Assembly (NCBI GenBank): GCA_000004695.1 | Contig: CM000154.2 | Coordinates: forward strand, 1,600,001 to 1,664,000 | Direction of reading: 5' to 3' | Length of the DNA stretch: 64,000 bases | Source of the DNA: Dictyostelium discoideum | Taxonomy: Eukaryota | In this document: piece after piece, positions 32,383 to 43,761 of the stretch | Layout of the letters: each line of letters starts with the position of its first letter | Numbering within the stretch: the stretch's first letter is position 1 | Translations under genes and position numbers: made by a program | Notes under the pieces: model-generated | Seen by the model: the letters and a program-made list of their open reading frames with translations, nothing else | Told to the model about the DNA's origin: nothing | The model's database searches: none

Positions 32383-32851
32383 TCAAAATAATCAAAATAA
32401 TATTAGAAATGGTAAAAATAAAAATAATAGTAATAATAGTATTAGAAATAAACCAAGAAATAATCCAGATGATATTTATTTACCACCTCAACATTCATCA
32501 CAAGGTCCAAGTTATCAAGAAGAAAGTTATTCATTTCAAGATGTATCAGGAACTGAATCTGAATACATTCAACAAATTAATGATACAATTCAAGAACTAA
32601 ATACAACATTTAATGAAAATTCATCATATTTCACCGAAACTCCAATTTTTACTGAAACTCCAAGTGATACAATCCCACCAAATCCAACTGTTTCTCATGT
32701 AAATCCAACACCAACAGTAACTACAAATCCTCCAAGTGAATCATCAAGTCAAGAATTAACTGAAACACCCGCTCAAGGAAATTCTTCATCATTTTTATTT
32801 ACAAATATTTCATTGATTTTAACATTATTTATTATGTCTTTTTTATTTTAA
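31607..32851 (+). CDS. Secreted, probably GPI-anchored protein with an N-terminal Cys-motif domain and a long Asn/Lys-rich linker
   Basis: Signal peptide MRFLKSLLLLFVLIGSGNA. Cys motif ..KCSKIDIKDC..KCQNPSNKLFFTCDGKEG..FFKVACFQ. Ser/Thr/Pro-rich stalk. C-terminal hydrophobic tail SSSFLFTNISLILTLFIMSFLF typical of a GPI signal. True ATG at 31607 (the track start 31571 is a TTG). Confidence 0.6.
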
Positions 32852-32984
32852 ATAAAAGTAACTTTGTTGTAATTTAAAAAAAAAAATAATAATAATAATA
32901 ATAAATATATAAAAATAAATAGTAACCCCATTTATTATAAATTATTTTACAAATAATAACCCCACGTTAATTATTTATATTTTA

Positions 32985-33026
<42 letters not shown>

Positions 33027-33090
33027 GTCCTGTGGTATTAATAATAATTTTTTATTATTTATTATTATTATTTCAAAATTTCATAAAATA

Positions 33091-33876
33091 ATGAAATTAA
33101 AAAGAATATTATTTTTAATATTATTTTTGTTTATTTATTTTTGTATAGTTTTATCTTCAAAATCTTTAGAAAATGTTAAAAGTGATCAATTTGAAATTGG
33201 GAGAGAATTTAATGTATTATTACCAATTTTCGATGAAAGTTTCATAATGGTAGAATTAGAGTGTTTTCAAGTTGATGAAAAATCATCATTTAAAATTGAA
33301 AAGATTGGTGATGAAATGTATGTTGGAATTAACTATTTTGATGGTAATTGTTCAAATATTGAAGGTGAATTTCAATTTAAATGTACAAATAATTTTATGG
33401 ATATAATTTCATGTGAATTCTTTAAAGTTGCATGTTCAAATAAAATCGTTATACCATTTGAAAAAGAAAAAAAAAAAGAAACCATTTTAATGGAATTGTA
33501 TGGATATAAAGGTGATTTTGAAAATAGTCAAGAATTATTACAAGTATTAAATGATTTTTCCAAATTACCAAGAACATTTTCATCACCACATAAAGTTGCA
33601 TATGCTGATGATTTTGATTCAAACGATCAACTACAAGCAATTCAAATCAATACAAAACAAACTGAAAATGAAATTATTCCAGTTATTGAAAAAGAAAAAG
33701 ATGATGATTTGAAAACAGCTGATAAAAACAATACAAAAATTTCAAATGAAAATAATAATAATAATAATAATATTAACAATGAAAAAAATAATAGCAATAA
33801 TTATTTAAATTTAAATAATTATTTAATATCTTCAATAATTATATTAATAAATTGTTTAATTTTTTGTTTAAATTAA
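33091..33876 (+). CDS. Paralogue of the upstream secreted Cys-motif protein (signal peptide and C-terminal hydrophobic tail)
   Basis: Signal peptide MKLKRILFLILFLFIYFCIVLSS. The same spaced Cys motif LECFQ..YFDGNCSNIEGEFQFKCTNNF..SCEFFKVACSNK (FFKVAC shared with 31607..32851). Poly-N. C-terminal hydrophobic YLISSIIILINCLIFCLN. Confidence 0.6.
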   Translation: MKLKRILFLILFLFIYFCIVLSSKSLENVKSDQFEIGREFNVLLPIFDESFIMVELECFQVDEKSSFKIEKIGDEMYVGINYFDGNCSNIEGEFQFKCTNNFMDIISCEFFKVACSNKIVIPFEKEKKKETILMELYGYKGDFENSQELLQVLNDFSKLPRTFSSPHKVAYADDFDSNDQLQAIQINTKQTENEIIPVIEKEKDDDLKTADKNNTKISNENNNNNNNINNEKNNSNNYLNLNNYLISSIIILINCLIFCLN

Positions 33877-33889
33877 TTTTTTTTTTTTT

Positions 33890-33922
<33 letters not shown>

Positions 33923-33971
33923 ATTTGTTTTTTTTTTTTATTTTCATGTTACCCCTTACCAATTAATCGCA

Positions 33972-34661
33972 ATGATAGACTTTAAAAAATTAATGCTTGA
34001 AGAGAAAAAGAAATTATTATTAGAAAAGCAACAAAAAGAAAAACAAGATCAATATCAATTACAAAGAGATAAAGAAAAAGAAGATTTTATTGATGAAAAT
34101 GATAAACAACAACAACAACGACAAATCAAAGATAATAAAGAAAATGATGTAGATTTTGATCAACAACTTTATGAAGAAAATTTAATAATAAAATTAAAAC
34201 AATATAAATTTGGATCAATAGATTCAATATTTTATATTGAAGATTTTATAAATAAACAAGAAGAAGAAACCATTTTATCAAATGTATATAATAAAGAAAA
34301 TGAAAGTAAATGGACTCAATTAAAGAAAAGAAGATTACAAAATTGGGGTGGTAATCCAATATCATCTGGTATGATAGAAGAGGAAATACCTCAATGGTTA
34401 AATATAATTTGTGAAAAGATTCACAATTCTTCAATATTTCCAACTAGAAATGCAAAACCAAATCATGTACTTTTAAATGAATATAATGTAAATGAAGGTA
34501 TAATGCCTCATAAAGATGGACCTCTTTTTTTCCCAATGGTTTGTATTTTAAGTTTAAATTCAACATGTAAGTTTTTATTTTTTTTTTTATTTTTTTTTTT
34601 ATTTATTTAAAAGTGACCAACCATTTTTTTATATATCCAACATAATAATAATAATAATTAT

Positions 34662-34695
<34 letters not shown>

Positions 34696-34951
34696 TTTAA
34701 TGGATTTTTATAATAATTTAAAAGAAGAACCATTTGAAAAGATATTTTTAAGACCAAGATCACTTTTAATTTTTACAGAAGATGCATATAAAAATTATTT
34801 TCATGGTATAAAAGAATCATATTCTGATTTAATTACTGAAGATGTAATGAATAAAAACTTGGATGGAATTAATTTACATAAAGAATTTGATAGAGGTATT
34901 AGAGTTTCATTAACAATTAGAATAGTTCCAAATACAATTAAAAAAAAATAA
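33972..34951 (+). CDS. AlkB homologue 6 (ALKBH6-like 2OG-Fe(II) oxygenase). join(33972..34565,34695..34951)
   Basis: WTQLKKRRLQNWGG, NHVLLNEYNVNEGIMPHKDGPLFFPMVCILSLNST|C-LMDFY, RSLLIFTEDAYKNYFHGI, RVSLTIRIVP. Collinear with the ALKBH6 HxD...H...R motif order. Intron GTAAGT..AAAG in phase 1. Confidence 0.8.
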
Positions 34952-35028
34952 AAAAATAAAAAAAAGAATAAAAGAAAAAAAAAAATTAAATGAATAAATC
35001 TCTTATTTTATTTTTATTTTTATTTTAT

Positions 35029-36351
35029 TTAATTAAATAAATCATTTGAATAATGATCCATTACAAAGGTAGAGAGTTGATTAAAAAAGTAAATGAATGC
35101 AAATTCTGGAATATGAGGACTCATTAATATATTAATTTTAATCCATCTATCAATACCACCTCTTTTATAAATTTTAAAACTATAATCGAATGGGAAATTA
35201 CCTAAATCAATACCAGACTCCAACAAACTATTCCAATAAATTTTAAATAATTTTTCTTCATTTTCTCTTCTAAATTTAATTTCACAATTACTAATTATAA
35301 ATTGAGCCATATCAGAGAAAGGACAACCAAAACCAATTTCACTAAAATCTAAAAGATATAATTTATCATTTTTATTGTGTTGTTGTTGCTCAACGCCATC
35401 TAAAACCAATGGCACCATAACATTACCAGCATGAAAATCGCCATGAATTAAAGAGAATGCATTCTTTTCATTACTTGTATCAATTCTTGTTTTGAATTGT
35501 TCCCATTTTAAATAATGATTAAAATAAATTTCAATAACTTTCAAAACTTGATCAACATTAATTAATGGTGATGTTTCTTTATATTGTTCTTGTATTTTCT
35601 TTATAATTGGTAAAGTCTTTTCTTCCCATGTTGATTTCAAAACTTGATAATTCTTTTTGACCCATTCTTCTTTACCACAATCATTACCTTGATAAATATC
35701 GAAATCTTTTAACCAAGAATTTGATTGATTTGATAAAAGTTTTTTACAATCTCCCCAATTTTCTATATGAATTTTCGAAGTCTCTAAAAAACATTTCTTT
35801 ACAATTTCAAATGGATCATATAAATCTAGATTCAAACCTTGGACTTTACCCCAACATTGATTACCCATCACTTTACAAGCCGATACATATTCTGATAAAT
35901 CTTGCATTATAATTGAATATTCACCAGTTTCATTATTTTTATTTGCATAATAAATTATTGGTAAAAAATCAAATTTCATACCACTTTCTTTATTTGATTT
36001 CATTTGTTTTTGATAAAATTCAGCTTCCCTATATGTTTTACTTTCAAGTGATGATACAATACATGAAGCACTATCGTTTTTAATTGATTTAATAACAATA
36101 GAATTTGGTAATGAAATTGATGATAAACTATCATCATCATCATCATTGTTATCAACATTCTTATTATCCCATTTTAAATAAACTCTTGATATTTCACCCA
36201 TTAAACCACCTTCTAACAATTTTTCTTGAATTTTAAATTCAATCAATTTGATTTTCTCTAAATCTTGTTTTGGTAATTCTAGTTGATCTTTAATAATTGA
36301 TTCAATAAATTCAATTGTTAAATCATTTCTAAAAATAATTGATTTTACCAT
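35029..36351 (-). CDS. Phosphotransferase-enzyme-family protein (APH / choline-ethanolamine-kinase-like, CHK/EcKinase-type), single exon
   Basis: Brenner motif LIHGDFHAGNVM followed by LLDFSEIGFGCPFSDMA (the DxxxG-like Mg-binding region). 440 aa, no intron. ATG at 36351. Confidence 0.75.
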   Translation of the reverse strand: MVKSIIFRNDLTIEFIESIIKDQLELPKQDLEKIKLIEFKIQEKLLEGGLMGEISRVYLKWDNKNVDNNDDDDDSLSSISLPNSIVIKSIKNDSASCIVSSLESKTYREAEFYQKQMKSNKESGMKFDFLPIIYYANKNNETGEYSIIMQDLSEYVSACKVMGNQCWGKVQGLNLDLYDPFEIVKKCFLETSKIHIENWGDCKKLLSNQSNSWLKDFDIYQGNDCGKEEWVKKNYQVLKSTWEEKTLPIIKKIQEQYKETSPLINVDQVLKVIEIYFNHYLKWEQFKTRIDTSNEKNAFSLIHGDFHAGNVMVPLVLDGVEQQQHNKNDKLYLLDFSEIGFGCPFSDMAQFIISNCEIKFRRENEEKLFKIYWNSLLESGIDLGNFPFDYSFKIYKRGGIDRWIKINILMSPHIPEFAFIYFFNQLSTFVMDHYSNDLFN

Positions 36352-36472
36352 TTTTTTTATTTATTTATTTATTTTATTGAATTAATAATTGGGTGGGTGA
36401 AAAAAAAAAAATAAAAAAAAGAAAAGTGTTTAAATATAAAAAAAAAAGAACTAAAACCAAAAAAAGTTTTAA

Positions 36473-36508
<36 letters not shown>

Positions 36509-36816
36509 CTATTTTTCCCAAAATAAAAAAAAAATGAAGAAAATAAAACTAAAACCTTTCGACTAGATAATATTACTTTTGGTAATATGTCTAAAAAAAA
36601 ACACCTGTTTTTTGATTTTTATAGATCTTTTCAAAAAGATTTTTTTTTTTTTTTAAATTTATTTTTATTTATTTTTTTTTTTTTTTTTTTTTTTTCTTTT
36701 AGTTCAAAAATAAAAAAAATTAAAAAATTTTTTATTTTACATATATATAAGTCGATAAATAAAAAAAATTAAATATAAAAAAACAAATAATGATTGTATG
36801 TTTTAATTATTTAATG

Positions 36817-36854
<38 letters not shown>

Positions 36855-36909
36855 AAAAAATTAAAATTTAACATATTAATTCTTCATCTTTTTTTTTTTT
36901 ATTGATAAG

Positions 36910-38483
36910 ACATTAAATTATGATAATAATAAAAAATCAATTACAATTCCAACTAAAATATTTATAAATAATGAATGGGTAGATAGTATAGATTGTAATG
37001 AAAATTTTAGTTTAATTAACCCAACCAATGAAGAATGTTTAGGTATAATTGGATTAGGTGGTAGAAAAGATGTTGATAGAGCAGTCGAAGCAGCAAGATC
37101 AGCAATTAGAGGTAAATGGTCAACGATGGCACCATTGGATAGAGGAATACTTTTGAACAAGTTGGCAGATAAATTAGAAGAGAAAAGAGAACAAATGGCA
37201 ACCATTGAATCAATTAATGTTGGTAAACCAATTGGTGAATCATTGGTTTACGATTTAAAACAATCGATTACATTCTTACGTTATTTCGCAGGTTGGGCTG
37301 ACAAAATCACTGGTCGTACAATTCCAATCTCAAGTTCATCAGACACATCAACACCAACAAGACAAGTATTAGCATACACTAAACAAGTTCCATTGGGTGT
37401 TTGTGCTTTAATTTTACCTTGGAATTTCCCACTTCAATTATTAATGTTTAAACTTGCACCAGCATTAGCAGCAGGAAATACAGTTATCATTAAACCATCA
37501 GAATTTACACCATTATCAACTTTTTATTTGGCAGAATTAATTAAAGAAGTTGGTTTCCCACCTGGTGTGGTAAATGTAGTTTGTGGTCTTGGTTCTGTAG
37601 TTGGTGATGCAATGAGTTCTCATATGAAAATTAATAAAATTGGTTTCACTGGTTCAACAAAAGTTGGTAAAATGGTTCAAAACTCTGCTACCAATAGTAA
37701 CTTAAAACATTGTTCACTCGAATTAGGTGGTAAAAGTCCAATCATTATTTTTAATGATGTTGAAGATTTAGATTTAGCTGTTATTCATTCGTAATGTATA
37801 TTAAATTTATATATTATATTGTTATTTTTAAATACTAATTATTTATTTTAATTTTTAGTTTCCATGGATTATTTTGGAATGCAGGTCAATGTTGTTCAGC
37901 AGCATCTAGAATTTATGTTCAATCAGGAATTTATGATCAATTTGTAGAAAAGATTAAAAAACAAGTTGAATCAAGAGTATTAGGTGATCCATTAAGTAAA
38001 GATACTCATCAAGGTCCACAAGTTAATAAATTTCAATTTGAATCAATTTTAAGATATATTGAAACTGGTAAGAGAGAAGGAGCAACATTAGTATGTGGTG
38101 GTAAAAGATTTGGTAATAAAGGTTACTATATTGAACCAACCGTTTTTTCAAATGTTACTGATGTTATGACAATTGCAAGAGAAGAAATTTTTGGACCTGT
38201 AATGTCAATCTTAAGATTTGAAACTGTTCAAGAAGCAATCGATCGTGCAAATGATTCAGAATTTGGTTTAGTTGGCGCTGTCTTTACAAAAGATATTAAT
38301 AAATCAATCATTGTTTCCGATCAAGTTCAATCAGGTTTAGTTTGGGTAAATAGTTTTAATATCATTGATCCATCCATTCCATGGGGTGGTTTTAAATCTT
38401 CTGGTAAAGGTAGAGATGCTTCTGAATATTGTCTTTCAGTTTGGACTGAAACTAAGACTACTGTACTTGATGTAAAACTTTAA
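36910..38483 (+). CDS. Aldehyde dehydrogenase (ALDH1/2-like). join(~36910..37790,37867..38483). The 5' end/start codon is unresolved.
   Basis: IPTKIFINNEWVDS..NPTNEE..; W..PWNFPL; catalytic ELGGKSP and GQCCSAAS (Cys); EEIFGPV; C-terminus as in ALDHs. Intron GTAATG..TTTAG. The ORF frame is open back to a stop at 36877 with no in-frame ATG (see findings). Confidence 0.85.
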
Positions 38484-38486
38484 AAA

Positions 38487-38606
<120 letters not shown>

Positions 38607-38614
38607 AGATGTAA

Positions 38615-38659
<45 letters not shown>

Positions 38660-38799
38660 AATATATGTATGTTTTATTTAATTATTTACTTGTATTATTA
38701 CTTTTTTTTTTTTTTTATATATTTTTTTTTTTTATATTTTTTTTTTATATTTTTTTTTTCTTTATTATTATTATTATTATTGATAAATTATTTAATTAT

Positions 38800-41700
38800 T
38801 TATTTCTTAGATAAATCGATTTCACCTGAAGATTTTGAGGATTTACAACAACAGCAGAGATATTTCTTAACTTTTTTAATGAAAGAAGATCTCATTTGGA
38901 GCCATGCTACGACGTAAGCGGCAATACAAGCTACAAGGGCTAAAGCTTGAATAAGACATGCAATTAATTCACCAGCGGCGCTTGGTGATTTGATGTGAGT
39001 GAGTGAGAGAGAAACTGTAACAATATTGATGGCAGTTAAGAGATATTCGAGCCATAATTGATAATGATCGAAATATGGTTTACGGATGAATAATAATACA
39101 GCATAACCAATGAGAGCGATATCAATGACAACTACTTGAACGATTGGAACGGCTAAATCAGTACCAGTTAATGGATAGTTGGTCATTGGTTTGAATGATA
39201 AGATACCAATGATAACGGCCATAATGAATCTCTTGATAAACATGAAAACAACGAAACGATGATCAGTCTTTGGTTTGTAGTGAACGTAGAGACAGCCAAA
39301 TCTTTGTTTAAAGGTTGGATTGTGGAGACGAGCTTCTGGAACTGCAAGAAGGAACCAAATGGCAATTGGTAAACCAATACCATAGAGAACAAAGATAATG
39401 GCACCTGGAATGATGATTCTATAGTCATGTAATGGTGTAACCATAGCAAATGAGGCAGCAATTAAGACACCAATGTAACCAAATGTTAAAATACGTACAA
39501 GTACATGAATGAGACGATTAGTGACCACTTCTTTCCAATGAATTAAACTTTCCATGAATGAAATGATGGCATAGGCTAAAAGTAATGGAACTAAGAAAAC
39601 ACCCAATAAAAGACCAAACCAGAAGAGAATATTTGGAAGGAGGTAAAGATCACCTGAACCTAAACTATTTTCATATTGTGCCATAGATAAAATTGTACGG
39701 GCAGTGTTTGATGTCCAATCAGTTGGAACACTCCAAATTTGTGGTGGATTGATTGATGGTGGAAGTGGAATACCTAAATTTGACCAATCGAGATACTCGG
39801 TGAAACTGATGAAACGTGATGGGAAAACAACACCAATATGACTAACGAGTGAAATTAATTGGAATTGATCCATAAATGTCCATGCTTTGTGGGAACGTTG
39901 ATCTCTCCACCATAAGACTGAAGCTTCTTCATGGGTTGCTTTTGGGAATTGACCAGATTTATTTTCTTCTGCATAATCTTTAGCACGTTTAATATCGATT
40001 GGAACAGTGGTACCAATATCAATAATGTAGAGAATACCAACGAATGCAATGAAAATGCATGCCAATGCAATTACACCAGTTTCAACATTGGTATCAAAGA
40101 ACCAAGTACGACAGAAACCTTCGAATGGACCATATCTATCACCTTCCTTGCAAAGTCCATCAACTTCACACCAACCACAAGTAGTTCTTGAAAGACATGA
40201 TTCACTATCGGTATAATAGGTACATGGTGGTGGTGGGACTAATTCATTACAAGTTTCACCCATATGAGCACTATCACAAACACAAGTATAATTTGCAGTA
40301 TTACATGTACCATAACCATTACAACTATCTTTACATCTACGAATTTCACATTGAGCGCCTTCCCATTCTGATGAACAATAACAGAAACCATTTTCACATT
40401 TACCATTATCAGTACCAGTACAATTATTTAATGTCAAACAAAGTTCTTTATTGAAAAAAAAAAAAAATAATAAAAAAAAATCATTAGTTCTCCTCACGAG
40501 TAATTAATGATTTTATATAATAAATAAATAATAATAAAATATTTACCTTCTTCACAACCTTGACCTTGGTAATTGTGGTCACAAACACATGTACCATAAT
40601 TACATTCACCATGACCAGAACAATCTGATGGACAAATTGATTTAAATGTACCATAGAAAACACTATCTGGATAGAAAACTGAAATTGTTTTGGTTATTGA
40701 ATCAACTGAAATTGCAACTGATTGGGTGTTGGCTATATTTTCAGAAAGTGAACCTGTATTACCACCACTTGTATCAGTACCAATAAGTTGAGAACCTGAT
40801 GATGTTGTAGTAGAGAAGAAGAGTTGACCTCCTTTTACATCAATTCCTGCTGAAGGACATAATGAACCAAGAATTGTAAATGAATGTAATAATGTGATAT
40901 CAGTTGCTGAATAGTGGAAAATATCGACTTGAGTAATATATGAATTCATTCCACCTGCTTGACCACAAATATATAAAAGTTGTCTCTCTTCATCAACTAC
41001 ACCTGAACTTCTTAAGTTTGCAATTGATGAATTTGAATATATGGCAATTTTAGCTTTTAGAGTCATATTAAATACTAAAATATCACCATCAGAATCACCA
41101 ATAAAAGCTAATCCAAGTTTTGAATCTACAGTACTATAAAATTTGGTAAATAAAATTCAAGTTAGTTTAAAATAAAAAGTGAAATAAAAAGTGAATAAAA
41201 TAAAAACTTACATTGAAGATGGATCATTAATTGCAGCATCAAGTAAAATTTCATCATAACTGCTTGTACCAAATGTACCAGTAGCAGTATCATTAATGTG
41301 AATCAATACAGCCTCACCAGTAGCACTCTTTGAGGATAAAAAGAAAACGTCATCACCATATGATACACCACCATTAAGAGTAGTTACAAGTGAACTGTAT
41401 TTTTCATCATTGAGAAAGTCTGTGGATTCCATTGAAGTAATATCACCTTTTTTAACTCTGTTGAGGGAACCAATTGACATTGTGTAAACACGGTTTGCAG
41501 TAACGGCTGATGAAATTGGAGAAACTGGAACTGAAGTATATTGATTCCATGTTGCTTGGCTGCCTGTGTTTCCATCTTTTGAAAATTCTTCCATTAAACT
41601 TATATTTAATTGAAAGTAATTTACATCTCCACCAAAACTATAAAAAGAATTTGCTAGAATTGAACCAATTGGGAAATCTGCTGAAGTTGGAAAACCTGGT

Positions 41701-41837
41701 TGATCTGATGTGAAGGAAATTGGTTTTTCTGGATTGATTGAAAAACGTTCTATGTCATCATCTGAATAAGCAAAATTAAAAATTGCTAATAATATTCCAA
41801 TTAATAGAATCATTGATCCTATTTTTTGTGATTTCAT
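38800..41837 (-). CDS. Type I-like signal-peptide protein with EGF-like and PSI cysteine-rich modules followed by ~9-10 transmembrane helices. complement(join(38800..40445,40547..41133,41211..41837))
   Basis: Signal peptide MKSQKIGSMILLIGILLAIFNFAYS. EGF-like CSGHGECNYGTCVCDHNYQGQGCEE, CENGFCYCSSEWEGAQCE, CNGYGTCNTANYTCVCDSAHMGETC. PSI-like CLSRTTCGWCEVDGLC. Then many hydrophobic helices to the C-terminus ending KYLCCCCKSS. Introns GTAAGT..ATAG and GTAAAT..AAAG in consistent phases. Confidence 0.75.
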
Positions 41838-42256
41838 TTTTTTTTTTTTTTTTTTTTTTTACTATATTTGTTTATTATTAAAATTGGGAAAAAAAAAAAA
41901 AAAAAAGATTTTTTTTATATATTCGTATTACAGAAATGAAATGTTTTTATTTTTTTTTTTTTTACAACGGGGTATAAAAAAAATTTTTACAAAACTTCGA
42001 AAAAAAAAAAAAAAGTAAAAACTATTCTGTTTTTTTGTTTTGTTTTATTTTATTTTTTTTTTATTTTTTTTTCTTTTTTTTTATAAGCTAATAATACAAA
42101 CTAATCTAAAAAAAAGAAAAGAAAAGAAAAAAAAAAAAAAGAAAAGAAAAAAGGTCTCTAAAAAAAAAAATAAAAAAAAACAATATTTATATAAAATTTA
42201 AATTTAAAATAAAAAAAAAATCTAAGCCCCAACCTTTTTTTAAAAAAAAAAAAAAG

Positions 42257-42294
<38 letters not shown>

Positions 42295-42449
42295 AATTTT
42301 TGCCGTTGAATCTACTTTTTGTTATTTTAGATTATATGGTAAATTTTTTTTGATTAACTGACAAAAGATGCATTCACAAACCAAAAAAAAAAGACTTTTT
42401 TTTTAAAAGAGCCAAAACATGCACAGAAATTGTAATAAAACAATTTTTT

Positions 42450-42496
<47 letters not shown>

Positions 42497-42939
42497 CTTT
42501 AGGATTATTAAAAACAATTTTTTTTTTCTTTTTTTTTTTTTTTATCACCCAATCAAATAATTATTTTTTTAAATTTATTATTTTTTAAGTAATCAAATCG
42601 GTTCATGTTTTTCTACCCAAATTTTCTGGAAACCCACTTTTTTTTTTTTTATTTTCTTTTTTTTTAAAAAAAAAATTAAAAATCGAGAATTTTTGAAAAG
42701 ATATTTATTTTCAAAGTTTTGGTTTTATTTTTTATAAATTGTATACAAGTCACGATATTTAAACCAAGTGTTATTTGGCTTAAATTTGGTTTTTTTAACA
42801 AATCCAAAGAAAAAAAAAAAAAAAAAAAACAAACAGAACCAAACCAAAACTTTGGTTAAAACATTTAGATATTTTTTTCAGATTACAAATCGACATTTAA
42901 ACCATTTGTTTTATTTATTTTATTTATTTTATTTATTTA

Positions 42940-42984
<45 letters not shown>

Positions 42985-43302
42985 GAGGTTTTGGTTTTGG
43001 TTTGTTTTAATTTAAATTTTAATTTTAATTTATTTTTATTGGCATGGGAGAAATAGATTATTGTTAAATATTTGGACAATTATATTATTTTTTGTTAACT
43101 CGTTTTGAATCTCTTGTTTTAATTTTTTTTTTATTTTTTTTATTTTTTTTTTAAATTTTTTTTTTAATTTTTTAATTTTTTTTTTTATTTTTTTATTTTT
43201 TTATTTTTTTTTTTTTAAGGTATAATTATTTTTATTCTTATTTTCATTTTTATTTTTATTTTTATACTTAATTATTATAGATTTTAAATTTACATACAAT
43301 TA

Positions 43303-43351
<49 letters not shown>

Positions 43352-43528
43352 TTTTTTAAAAAAAAGGTATTTATAGATTTTACACACAATTATATCATTT
43401 TTTTTTTATTTTCATAAATATCAATAATATCTTCTTTTTTTATGATCACAATTGTTATATGATTTTTTTTATTTTTATTTTTATTTTTGTTGGGGGTGGG
43501 TGTTTCTACTATTATTTTTATTTTTAAT

Positions 43529-43568
<40 letters not shown>

Positions 43569-43761
43569 AACCAATTAACCCACACCTTTAAAAAAATCCT
43601 CTATTTAATAAAAAAATTTAATAATTTAATAATTTAATAATTAATTTCCAAATTATAAATTTATAATCATATAATAACTTTTTTTTTTAATCAAAAAAAA
43701 AAAAAAAAAAAAAAAAAAACCTCTAAAAAAAATCTAAAAAATATTAAATTTTTTTTAAAGA

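Noticed and set aside
36587-36772. 61-aa ORF MSKKKHLFFDFYRSF… upstream of ALDH as a possible first exon
   Set aside because: Phe/Lys low-complexity product of T/A homopolymers. No donor gives a phase compatible with the ALDH acceptor at 36909.
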